Shown here: in pieces, positions 33,642 to 45,796 of the stretch
How the letters are laid out: every line of letters starts with the position of its first letter
Position numbering within the stretch: position 1 is the first letter of the stretch
Origin: Schizochytrium sp. TIO01
Lineage: Eukaryota; Protista; Bigyra: Labyrinthulomycetes
Assembly: GCA_004764695.1 (NCBI GenBank)
Contig: SMSO01000035.1
Coordinates: 248,001-312,000, forward strand
DNA: 64,000 nt
Direction: 5' to 3'
The notes under the pieces: generated by a model
Told to the model about the DNA's origin: nothing
The model's database searches: none
The model's input: only the letters and a program-made list of their open reading frames with translations
Translations under genes and position numbers: made by a program

Positions 33642-35908
33642 TATGCCCGAATCAATAGAATATAACACAAAGATACTAAGCTCCGACGTCAAGTATCAAT
33701 CTGTCAAAATGTATGAGTACGAAGAAGATCAAAATAATGATCACGAAAAGCAATATAATGAATGCGAAAGATTAATCAAACGCCACGATATGACTCAAAA
33801 GATATCCAAGACGAACACAGCAGTGCACGAGAAGAGATCTACAAAGCTTGGCGAAACACCTGCAAAGACTATACAGAGACCGAGCGAGACGCGACGCAAG
33901 TAAGCAAAAGCGAAGCTTTGTCAAAGTAACGAATGAACGACCAGACAAAAGAATGGAATAATATGGTTGGGTCAGTGCCCAAAGGAAAGCAACTTTTCAC
34001 AGGACTAGCGAGGCTGCGGCGGTCGCTGCTCGCGCTAGGAGCTTATCTCTTGCGATGCTCGCTTCCGCCGCGGACGACGTAGCAGCCGCCTCGCTCGCCG
34101 CTACAGACGCGCTAGATAGGGTCTGGTGGCCTCCATGAGCGAAAGCAGTCTCCACTGAGAAATTCCAACGAAAATAGATTCAGATGAAATATTTAGACGA
34201 ATTTCTTCATACAAATCTGATAAGAAGCAAACGAAACTTTGAGCTTTTTTCTGTTAAGACCCAGCAATTGCCCCAAAGAAACTCCCAGATATGCCCCAGG
34301 TCTTCAGGTTAGGGACTAGAGCGAAGTACTGGAGCACCTGCAGGCAAGAACCTCAGTCGGTTAGATCCTTGCGAAAACTCGAAAGCTTGCAAGCGATTTC
34401 TTTTGCTGCTGTTAAGAACCAAAGTGAGGTGGTGGTTAGCTTTATTACGAAGATGGAAAAAAGATTCACCTTAATACATCTCACAACCGCAATATCAGAA
34501 TAAGGTGTATGAGCTGGAGTTCATCATTCACCATCGCAGGGAGCTTAGCTATATTTTCGACCGCCAAAGTGCAATGAGCAAGCTGATAAATCGCAAACAT
34601 TGAATGAGGATGCATACCTCTGCAAGCGTTGCTGGTTTTACATGCATTGCGCATTTTGACACCACAGTGATTGGAGCTGTGTAGCCAGCCACGTTCTACA
34701 TCATTCGCACGTTTGCATAAATTCATGCGTACTTGCGACAAGGTTTGGAGAAGGTTTGTCTATGCGTGCGAGCTCAGCAGCATACTTCTATTAGGTGGGA
34801 TGCATCATAATCGAATGTAAAGTCATCATCAAAACAACCTTGTTTGGTACCAGTTTGACAATAATACACTGGATTTTAGTGATCAGCATCAGCTTCTGAA
34901 GCTTTTGCTCAACTATTTCCACCGTTCTCGTAGACGATACAACGTACATGAGTCAGTGCCATACTATGGTAGCAATGCCTCACGGCATAATCCCTGCCTC
35001 CAATTTCTTTTGTCTTTGGTACTCCAGCTTCACATCACAGTCTTGCGACTCTTGCGGCGTCTAAAGCTCTTCAAACGGACCAACCGCACAGTGCTATCAT
35101 CGTGCGCAATTATGCCCAAGTTGGGTTGGAGATTATCATGAATTCCAGGATTCACAGCACCTTGCGAAAGCCTCCAAGAATAAGTGGCGCCGTCCTTTGA
35201 CCCTCCAAAAGCAAAGCCACTCAAATAAGAATATGCACCCATAGTTATCTATCCTGTAGCCAGCTTTGCGCAGACGCTTTGAACGCGTTACTTTGCACAC
35301 ATCGGCGCTATCGTGTTCACAATCTTCAAAGTCTTTACAGGTTCACGTCAGGCGCAAGAAACCCAACAAAAGCAGAAGGTGTACGAAGAGTATTAAAATG
35401 CATTGAATTCCTGGTGGCTGCGGCTATTGCATGTCTAAGATGTGCTATGAAGGAATAAGGAAGCTGGCTGCGAAGCCGTAGAAAGCAATGATCGTAGCGT
35501 TTGTTGACCAAACCAAATGATTTACTTGCACATTGGTTGCCTCATTGCTGAATTTGTTGATGAAACCTCACTTCACGTTCATTCATTCGTGTGTTTGTGA
35601 ATGAGTGAGAAGTCTTCGCTATTCGCTATTCAATCTCATTGGCCTATTACGAAATTTATTAGTTCATTAATTGAATTGCAAGTTCACTAATTTTCTGATA
35701 AAGAGTTTGATTGTCAGAAATCACCACCTTTGGCAGAGAGACAAGCAAACCAGTCTCGACACGCATCCCACCACCGGTAAAGCCTGGGGGGAATCCAGTC
35801 TTCGATAGCTTCTCAACCTGCAGCGTTGACCTCGCGTTACTCGAGCCCTCCTTGGCCACGTTTTCGTCGTGTGTAGTGCTAGATTGCTTTAACTCACTTT
35901 TCATCAAG

Positions 35909-36865
35909 ATGCAGGCCTTCTCGCGCCGCATGGCTTCCACTGCGCTGCTCCAGACCCGCCGCAGCTTGTCCACAGCAAGCAAGCCTTCCTCGGCGCCCTC
36001 CTTCGGATCTCGCTCTGTCGCAGGTCTTGTGAGTGGCGGTGCTTTTCTCGCCACATCTGCGGCTTATCTTGGCAACAGCACTGCTGCCAGAAGCCTCGCG
36101 ACCTCTGCGGTGCCCTCACTCGCAGCTGGCCTTGAGGAGCCTGTCAAGTTGTATCAGTACGACGTGTGCCCGTTTTGCAACAAAGTTCAGGCATTTTTGG
36201 AATATCATGGTGTGCCGTACGAAAAGGTCGAAGTGAACCCTTTGACAAAGGCTGAGATTAAGTTTTCCGACTACAAAATGGTGCCCTTTGCCAAGGTTGG
36301 CGACCGCCAGATCAACGGCTCCGCTGCCATTATCGAGAGCTTTCTCGGTGAGAGCAGCTCAAAGCTTTCTGAGGACGAGAAGAAGTGGTTTTCATGGGTC
36401 GATGACCACCTCGTTCACGTACTGCCGGTGAATATTTACCGTACTCCTGGTGAGGCACTTCAGTCGTTTGACTACATTACGAGCAACAGCAACTTCAGCG
36501 CATGGCAAAAGTTCTCCATCAGGGTCTCAGGAGCTGCAATCATGTTCCTGATTGCCAAGCGGTCTATGAAGAAGTACAACCTTGGAGATGATCCTCGCAA
36601 GGCGCTCTTTGATGCAGTCGAAAAGTGGGCAGATGAGGGCCTTGATGGCAAACTCTTTCACTCCGGGCAAGACACTCCCGATACTGCTGATCTTGCAGTA
36701 TACGGCGTCCTTCGCTCTATTGAGGGCAACTACGGTACCTGGAGCGACCTCACAGATGCTGACCTCCCGCACAAGGATGCTTTCTGGGCGTGGTACAAGG
36801 CAACCAAGTCGCTCGTGGACGCTAATCGCTCGAAGACCCAGGTCACATCCGCTGCGCAAGAGTAA
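35909..36865 (+). CDS. PTGES2: Prostaglandin E synthase 2-like (glutaredoxin-CPFC + GST C-terminal domain) with mitochondrial-type presequence
   Basis: LYQYDVCPFCNKVQAFL, VEVNPLTKAEIKFSDYKMVP, LVHVLPVNIYRTPGEALQSFDYI and PDTADLAVYGVLRSIEG; ATG at 35909 begins MQAFSRRMASTALLQTRRSLS. Confidence 0.88.
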   Translation: MQAFSRRMASTALLQTRRSLSTASKPSSAPSFGSRSVAGLVSGGAFLATSAAYLGNSTAARSLATSAVPSLAAGLEEPVKLYQYDVCPFCNKVQAFLEYHGVPYEKVEVNPLTKAEIKFSDYKMVPFAKVGDRQINGSAAIIESFLGESSSKLSEDEKKWFSWVDDHLVHVLPVNIYRTPGEALQSFDYITSNSNFSAWQKFSIRVSGAAIMFLIAKRSMKKYNLGDDPRKALFDAVEKWADEGLDGKLFHSGQDTPDTADLAVYGVLRSIEGNYGTWSDLTDADLPHKDAFWAWYKATKSLVDANRSKTQVTSAAQE

Positions 36866-38025
36866 AAAAATATCGCACGTCCCAATATCAATTAGTAAAA
36901 CACTAAAATTGATTCCTTTCCTCGCGCGAAAAGAAGCAGCGTCAAGGAAGCTTGTGACAGTTCCGCCGTGAATGCGTAGGATCACAAGAATTCCTTCCCA
37001 GGTTTGTTGATCGTACATGACTGAAATTACACATTGAGCAGCGTGGGTTAGATTGTAAAACTGCCATATTTCTACCACAAATGATATAATTCGTGGCAGT
37101 CTGTCCAGTTTTAACTCTAGCCGCTTCGTCGCAAACCAAGGCGCGAGACACTGTTTGCACAATCGGTACTTAGTCTGTTTATCCTCTGTAGGCAAAGAAA
37201 CCATTTATCAAAATATAAAGGCTAATGCGAGTGTTTTTTCTGCCAGTATGGAAGTCACTCCGACATATATGCTAACTACAATTTCCTAATTGAAGGTTTT
37301 CCCATCTTGCCCTCTCTTTTGTGCAGCATATTTTCTTTAAGGAAAGCTTCTATAAATAATGATCACTGTTTTTGATATAAGTTGGAGAGGCCAACTCATT
37401 TAAGAAAGATTAATTTCTTACACCTAACTAAAACTGCAACACGAAATACACATGGATCTTTTTAAAAAGTGATTACAATTACCACCACTCGACACTTATT
37501 TTATTAAAATAGTTTGTTAACATGTCCTCAGGCTGCTTGGACACACTTTGTTCAAGAGCTCTTGTCTCATATCAAAAGCAAAACGACATATGGCTACCTT
37601 CGTGGATAAATAGATAATCTGCCCTTTGTTAAACACAGGAGTCGAGAGGGAAAGTAAACTGAAACACAATTCTAACGATCTACAACAAACAACTTCTTGA
37701 TTTATTCTTTTTATTAAAACTATCCATGAATATACGATGTACGTACCCATGGTAACACGCATATAGTTGTCAAATGAATGAAATGAGGGAAGTATGTAAC
37801 GTAAGAACAAGTGACAAAATGAAACAAGAGAAAATGCGATGCTGTTGCTTGCTTACTTACAAGCACCATAGAACAGACAAAAGTTCTACACAAACGAATT
37901 GTGATCCTAGCATCGTTTGGCCCCGTCAAGAAAAATTATAAATGAAACGAGGAAATGAACAACAAATGAAAACACAAATAATAAGCAAAGGAAGACCTAC
38001 GCCAAAATCATCCACCAGTTTCCAG

Positions 38026-41000
38026 TTAGGGAACAGTCACCGGTGTACTTCCTTGACGCTCCATCTTCTTGATGTTACCCAGAACCTGGTTGTACTGTTT
38101 CACAAGCCAGCGCTCCTTGTTCCTTGCAGCAAAGACAAGGTAATCCTCAAAGCCAATTTTGCCATCGCGGTCTGCATCAACATACTCAAGACAGAGATCA
38201 GCTTCTGACCGAGGAACAGCATAGCCATCCTCCGCAGACCACTGAACAAGGTCCTCGCGAGTGATAAAACCCTTGTCGCTGTGATCAATTACCAAAAACA
38301 GGAGCTGCAAAGATACCAACTCGTTCGCCGAAAATGAAATGGAGTTTTCGTTGGCACTTTTCTTCTTGTTTTTTTGTCTGCGACTCTTCTTCGCAGGGGA
38401 CTTCTTACGAATAAGACTCTCATGACCATTACCTTCCTTCACACGAATTTGTTCGGGAAGATGTAAAGTGTCCGGGTCCAATTTAACTTGTGCCTGCTTC
38501 ATCTTATCTTGCACTACAAGAGGATTGAGCTCGTTAATTCCATCTTGCTGAGCGGCCTCTTCGAACTTTTTGTTCTTCTTCTTCTTCTTTTTGGGAGAAG
38601 GAGGAGGCTTGCTGTAAGGACCAGCAGCTTGCACGCCACCAGGATCGTCAAAACCAAGCAATGCTGCGGCCTTCCAGTTTTTACGAGGTGATGAGGGAGG
38701 CTTATTGTCTTCATTATCAGACTCTTGATGATCACTGACTTTACGGGGAGGGAGCGGCGGTGGCAAATCGGACATAGCTTTCTCCTTTCTAATTTCACGC
38801 GCATCCTTCAGCGAAGAGCGCATTGCTTCGCGATTAATACTACGCCTAGCCTCCTCTTCGCCAAATTCAATCGCACGCGTGATGAAGGCATGGAATGTGG
38901 TCGGCATATACGGGCAGGTTGTCTCAAGGCGCACAGTTTGTTTCTGCTGTTCGTTCTCTACGAAGCGAGGATCTGGGTGAGGCACTGCAGTGTATTGGAT
39001 GGGCTCGACCAATTGCATGGGACGAACATTTGACTTGCGACCAAAACGACGTCCGGGTACCTTGTGATGCATGCGCATGATTGCTGCCTTGTTACCATAA
39101 CGACCTGTGTAGTTGGGCGCAGAGAAGACAGTAATCACAGGAGGTGTAACCTGGCCTGGATTATTACTGTTCGCACCCTGGAGATCCACGTAGTGATAGA
39201 AGTAGCCTTCTTCCTGAACCTCGTGAGCACGGATGAGTCCTACTAGACCATTGACAGCTAGGAAAGACACAACTGCACGGAAACCATACCGGTACGAGCA
39301 TCCACGCTGCGGATTTGGCAGAAAGTCAATAGAAAGAAAGTCTGCCATGCTTGTGATAACACCATCCTCATGAGTATCCTTGACCGGATCAGCCCAAAGA
39401 ATGTCACACAGAAATCCGTTCATGGCAGGCTCGGCAAAACGATCAAATTCGATGAACTGATCGAGGGTCTGTACATTCGGAGATATACCGCCATGCAAGC
39501 ATAGCCATTTACCAGCAGGGGTCTCCACAGTAGCTGCGATGGGCAGAGCCTGGAACATTTCAGCAAAACGATTGAAGACAGCTAGACCATACTTACGCTC
39601 GCATTCTTCCTTGAAACCAAAGTAAGAAGAAACCGTACGGGCCTCGTGGTTACCACGAACGAGCCAAACGTGGGCTGGGAACTTAATTTTAAGTGCCAGC
39701 AAATACAGCATTACCTCGCAGCTCCAATCGCCACGATCGACAAAGTCTCCAAGGAAGAGAAACGTGGTTTTGCCCTTACCCTTACCAGGCTGACCTGCCA
39801 TCTTGAACATTTGTCTCATGTCATAATATTGGCCATGGATGTCACCGACAATGGTAATGCTTGTGGAAGTTGCTGTTGTAAGTTGGATCAGGTTCGGTTC
39901 CTCGCGTAGCATGTTGTCCGCACGCTTGATAATACTCAGTGCCTCTTCGGAGGAGAGAATCTCCTGCTCCTCGAATCGGCGGCCCAAATCTTCTGGGTCA
40001 AGCTTGTTTGGGTTGATTACAGCCTGCTTCGCCTTCCATTGCTCACGGAAGGCGCCAATGTTAGCCTTGGAAACCGTGAGACGGGTTTTCTCCTCGCGAT
40101 CCGTTTCCTCGAAGCGCTGCTTTGCATACAAATATCCCCTATCCAAGGAGCGACGACGTTGCATCTTCTTTGCCTCCCGAGCCCCATCTGCCACAGGATC
40201 GGGCTCAGAGTGCTCATCCGAGGTGGTCCGATTAAGTGCAGTGGGTAACATCATACTCCGAGGACGCGCGCGTACATCCCCAGCAACAGAGGCGGCAGAA
40301 GAACCGGCGCCATACTGGTGAGGAACATCACCCGAGGCTTGCAAGAATGCTTGCAATTTATTACGCGGGGGAGCTTCGGGCTTTTTCTTGTCCTCCTGCT
40401 TTTTAGCCGCATCACGCTTCGCTTTCTCCTGCGGGGCGAGGCCGCCGCTTTCCTCAGCATTGTCGGGAGGCAAATAGCTGTCATCTGTCTCGTAGCCGTC
40501 TTCCTCCTCTTCGCCAAGGTCGGGAACGGTGTTCATGTCAAATTCCTTTACACCCTTGAAGACAAGCTTTTTCTCAGCAAACAATGCTTGGCCTACTTCA
40601 ACTCGGTCGGGAGCGCCAGCTTCTTGCAATTCATGGTCCAGATCCATAAGCCATTCAATGGCATCATCCGCAGAAGGGCGCATGAGGCCGCATGGGTGAA
40701 ATACACTGAGCACACAGCTCAATAAGGGAGCCAGGAACATCAGTTCCTGCAGCGAAGAGAAGACCACGAACCTCAGCATCAACCCCATCTGCTAACTCAT
40801 CAAGCTTTTCATATCGGCCCTTTTCCTCAAGCTTCACAGCGGACTTGAGCTTTGGACAAGAGATCTGAGCGAATGTCTTTCCAAGAATGAGTTCCATAAT
40901 GACGATACCAAGGCCAAGAATGTCCAACTGTTCAAGTCCCTTGCGTTGATCGCTGCGAAATTCAGCCTTGTTCAAAGTGCGGATTGTCTTAATCACCTTA

Positions 41001-41971
41001 ACATGGACACCGAGGCGCTGACTCAGAAGGAAACTATCTGAGCGCACCGTGCCATGGATATAGCCACCTTGATGAAATTTACCGATACGTTTCGCCACTT
41101 CGAGCAGGATTTCAACACGGTTAGCGTATGCTATGTTAAGCTTTTGCTCCTGAACAATCAGGTCTGTCAAATTACAAAACGTCTTGATGGGCACACCGTT
41201 CTCGTCCTGGTTAGGGATCTCATAAAATCCTTTCAGTTTGCGGCGTTTTTGTGTCTCAATGAGCATTGACCTGCGATTCCAGAAGCTCGGAGCTGTACTG
41301 GGCGGGGACTTTTTGTTCAGCTGCTCTAAAACATAAAGCTTGCGAGCAATCTCTTCAGTAGTCCCGCCTTTGCTCAACACATCAAAAACAGCCTCCTTTT
41401 GAGCACTGGCGTCAGCCCATCCGCTCGGATTTGAAAACTCAAAGTCGCTCTCGTCCTCATCACCATTCTGAAAAACTTTACGTCCATACATGGTTTCGAA
41501 TGAGGTTTGGCTTAAACCAGTGAAATCTGAGTCTACAGAGTCTTCCTCATCAAGAAAGTCTTTTTCGTCATCATCGGATGAAGACGATGATGAAAAGACA
41601 GAACCTGGGTTGGTACCGCGGCCACTTTTAGTTGTGCTGCGCTTGTCACTTTTGCTTGATCTTGTTGAGCGAATGCTCAGTTTGGCTTTGAGAGATATAC
41701 GGCTTTTGCTCTTTGATTTTGACGTTGAGCGAGAGGTGGATTTGGCCGTAGACCTAGCTGAACCAGGACCCTTTTTAGAGCTTCGTCTAGCCAGGTCGTC
41801 CTCAAAGGCCTCCCAGCCAGCTTCGATGCTGTCATCCTCAGCATTTGACTGGCGCCCATTGAATAAGTCGTCATAACTGACAAAGGAACTTTGTGATTGA
41901 TCCTCGCCAATATTCACATCTGCGTAAGGATCTGCTTTTGTTGAGGTCCTCGACCGATTGAGACGTCTCAT
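38026..41971 (-). CDS. Pseudokinase + calcineurin-A-like (PPP) Ser/Thr phosphatase + C-terminal EF-hand pair; split into two ORFs by a +1 frameshift near 40694-40696
   Basis: PPP motifs GDIHGQ, GDFVDRG, RGNHE, HGG, DILWADP, RGCSY, IRAHE and FSAPNY; EF-hands DHSDKGFITREDL and DADRDGKIGFEDY. The upstream ORF has a kinase C-lobe (YIHGTVRSDSFLL; DILGLGIVIMELILG; PGSLIELCAQCISP) that continues as MRPSADDAIEWL in the other frame. Confidence 0.8.
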
Positions 41972-43737
41972 CGCTGCTTACTCAATTCCTAATCTCCGTG
42001 AAAGCCTCGAGTTTTGCATGCACTACTTCAAGACGGTACTTCTTAGTGCCGTAAGCACCTGATACAATGCACGGAAATCACTCTCCGAGCACTGCCAAGT
42101 TACGACCACGTCGCCCAAACCCAGAACTTGAAGAGGTTCTGCAGAGCACCAGGAAAGTACACGTGCGAGGGATCAATGTCGCTTTACCTCGAGAGCTGAT
42201 TTTCCAATTCAAGTTAACCTTTCAGGACTCAGCCACCCCGCCCGAAATAAGAGTTCCTCGCACAAAACCCCTGCAATCCAATGCCTCGAGGGAAGCTCTT
42301 CCCGGGCCGGAAACCGCGGCAATGGGTCCTTCGGCTACCTCTTGGCGCTTTGCAGTAGGTGCTGTGCACCGCCACGAAGAGCGACCGATCGATTACTTCT
42401 TTCGTAATATAAATTGTAACTTTTTATAAAATTCTCCTTTTAAAGTTGTGTAAGCGAGAAAGTGAACGTGCCAGCCTCAGCTTTTACTCCAATTCAAGCG
42501 GCTTCAGAACAGAAGAAACTGGCACAGGTTGCCAAGCCAAACAGCCTTGCAAGCGACCAGAGAAGCAAAAGCCAAAGAGAGTGTAAGAGCACGCCACCGC
42601 TACGTATTTGCCTACCTAGATTGTATTCCGAAAACCAAACAAACCACACACAATAAATTACGATTCCACTCTTTATGATGAAACTATCTACTAGTACTAT
42701 CTATATGATAGCTAGGTACCTACTACGCTATAATAATGATTGATTTTGTTTATCTATTAGGCTACCTACGCAATCCTCTAAGACTGCCTGTGTAGCGTAT
42801 AACGAGACGAGAAAAACCCTCTCCCGGTCAATCTGCACCCTCCTTCGCGGGTGTGGACAGAGGCAGAAGCAGCTGCTTAAGCCGCTAGAACCTGCCAAGA
42901 TACCTGCCACAGTTGATCACTACCCTGTCTCTGTCAATCGCCCCTGGCTGTACCTAATAGCCTGCTATCACTGCGCGGGCGTGAGCGCTGAGAATCGCTT
43001 GCAGCACGTAAATTGCAATTGATACTACCGCGCCGCAGACTCCTTTTATACCCCCCATGGCACGCTTAAACCCACTGTTGCCGTGCACGCGCGCATGGTA
43101 CCCCCCAAACCCCCTCTTTCCGCACACACGCACACTCTCTCATACAAACACTTGCTGCTGGATTTTCTCGAGACGGGCCGCCTCTGCTGCTCCATGGGAG
43201 GCGTGGCGACCGCGGAGACTGCCAGAGAGGCTTGCTCGATAGTGGCCGCTAGCCCGAATACGCCGAGGCCCAGCCCGCTGCCTGGAAGCTACCGGCAGCC
43301 GCCACACGCGAGGTCTTCTCAGCAGCGCGCGAAATTCAAGGTGCCTGAGAGGGCGCACGCGCGTGCACAAAGGCTGAGATCACTGAGGGGTCCCAAGGTT
43401 CCATGCTGCACAAGGTTAGGTCTCTTTATCTCTTTACTTTTATTTTCTTAAAGGTTCAACACACATCATAGAGAAAGCTGCGATTGAAGATTAAGTTTGG
43501 AAATTGGGAAGCTAGGCTAGGTGAGACAATATGGCATGACTTGAGTGCAAATGTTGACACTTCAAACTCGCATGCTCGATTCTTTTTAGCGATCATAAGT
43601 TTTACTAAATACTCCATAAGACGTGGTGCTCTATCCAATGAGAGCGAGCCTTGGCTGTACTTGAGTTTCGATCTGAATTAAAGCATTGCACATAGACTCT
43701 GGCTAGTGCAAGCGTCGGTCACTTATGAAGGGAAAGC

Positions 43738-45037
43738 TTAAATTTTGTCATCAATGTCCCGCACAGGTGAGACTACCACAAAGGAGTCCCCTGGTGGGAG
43801 GCGAGCGCTGGACCTGTCAAAGCTGTGCATCCGAGTCTGAAAATCATCAGCGCTACTGGAGTTCCCTTGGCTACTGTGGTCTTTGGTCATGTAAGCATTC
43901 CAAAAGTCAAGGGACATGCTTTGGTCTCCATCTGTAGGTCCCAGACACAATGAGCCAAAACCTACCAAGCAAAGGAAGATTGAAATTGACCCGGTGCTAA
44001 TCATAGCAATGGCTACTGGACGACACGAGGTAAGAATCCAAGCATACATCACAAACTGAAAGGCGCTGATTTTGCCTCCGCCACAGCCAAAGGTAGGTTC
44101 AGATGCGTCACCAACAATAGGGATCTTTGTTGTTGGCTCTGTTAGCTGTTCAATAGAAAAGCTCCCAATACTCAAGCCACTAATATCCACCACAGTAGAG
44201 TTAATTGTCCCACATATGAAGTCAGTGACCGCAAGATCGAACCATTGAACATGTCCGTAGCTACCGACACAAGTATCCAGCAGCTTTTCCATTGTTGAAA
44301 GCTTGTTATAATACGCAGCTGTATAAAATGTTTCGCAGGTTTCCAAGTTGTCCCAACTGAATTGTAAATCGTGCATGTAATAATCATTTAATCAAAGCCA
44401 GTTGCCAAAGTTAGTTTTCGAAATGCACAAGACATATATATTAACCAAACAGATACACAACATACCGTTCATCATCAATAGCAATGCCAAGTCTGGTTAT
44501 GGCTGCATCTGAGTGGACAAGACCAGCAACACGACAACATTGGTCGTACATGGCAACTGAAAAGTCTAGCAACTGGCGTGTTGTGCTATTTTCAAAGTCG
44601 CTAGTATCTGTGACAGTAGAGTCTAAGCCTGAGATCGTGGAAAGGATGATAGCGCCTCCCGCAACATTTGAAACTGCTCCAAGCAGCACAAGACCAAGAC
44701 AAAAGGTCATGAGACGCTTAATGTTGAAGACAGTTACTAGGTACAGGATCGTGCATAAAACAAAGCTCAAACACCCAGCTACATATGAAACCTCAACTAA
44801 TTTCTTGAATTGGTTTTCTTGAATATCCATTACGTGCACCACATAGCCTGCGAAGGTGCTGAAGTCATCCTCTTTCAGTTTATGCGCAAAGAATACAATC
44901 AATGCGTTGGCAGCTCCAATGGCTATACTGCTAAATAGCAAGAGAAGACTCAAGCGATGGGGCTGCGCATTCTCTAGGCTCTTGATCTCGCTACGTATGC
45001 TCCTCTGAATGCTATGAGGTCGAGTCTCCTCGCTCAT
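43738..45037 (-). CDS. Tetraspanin-like 4-TM protein, 2 exons (45037-44466, 44356-43738), 396 aa
   Basis: Three N-terminal TM helices, a Cys-rich large loop with YDQCC, and a fourth TM near the C-terminus. A GTATGT...TTCAG intron (44465-44357) joins the two ORFs in frame (CG|T, then WDN). Confidence 0.7.
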
Positions 45038-45796
45038 GGGTCTGTCAATTGAAGGACGATTGAATGAGTTCCCAGCTCTTGAGCGATCAGCACATTTAGA
45101 AGGTTCGGAACCTGCCAGGCCAAAGAAGAATGACAAAGCAAATAGGGCCTAGCTTAAGAAAAAAGGCTGTCCGAAAGAACGTTGTAGTGCAGCTGCAGCG
45201 TTCTCATCAGGTTTTGCAGTAGCACCGGACCTGAAAACTAAATCTACCAGTCCACGGATCGTCAACAGGGTTACAGATGATTACTTCTGTTTCTGTTTTA
45301 AAAGTTTAAAAGTTTTATTTTTTAAAGCAGGGGGTAAGTACAATGCAACAAGCTCGTTTCTGCATTTCTGTCTTCAATCCATTTGTTGTTTGCGACTCAA
45401 TTTCAAGACGTTTGTTTAAAGGTCGAAGTTTGGGTCTTGATAAAAGGTTTGTGTTCCGTGCAAAGTTGATTTTTACTTTTGTTTTAGCATAACTCCATGA
45501 GTATGCAGGATTAAGCCTAACGAAAAGGCAAAATTTATTTTGTCGCTTAGGGTTGCCCTTTCTCAATTCAAGTACCTACCTTCTTGCTAAAATAGGACAA
45601 GGCAGCTTCGGCACGTAGTGATTAAATGGCAGGTTCTTTAGCCAGCACGATGTTACCTTTGACTTGAATAGCACAGTATTTAGACTATAGAGTCACATCT
45701 AAATTATGACTTTAAAGTCTAAGTATACACTCACATTAGAGGATATTATCAACATTTTTGCTTTTGAGTTACTGGAGTATTTGTTGTCTTAAAGGT

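Noticed and set aside
45165-45215. Hammerhead-like CTGATGA with GAACG/CGTTC stem on the minus strand; other CTGATGA sites near 15855, 18175, 19010 and 29400
   Set aside because: No GAAA follows stem II on the same strand, so the catalytic core is incomplete.
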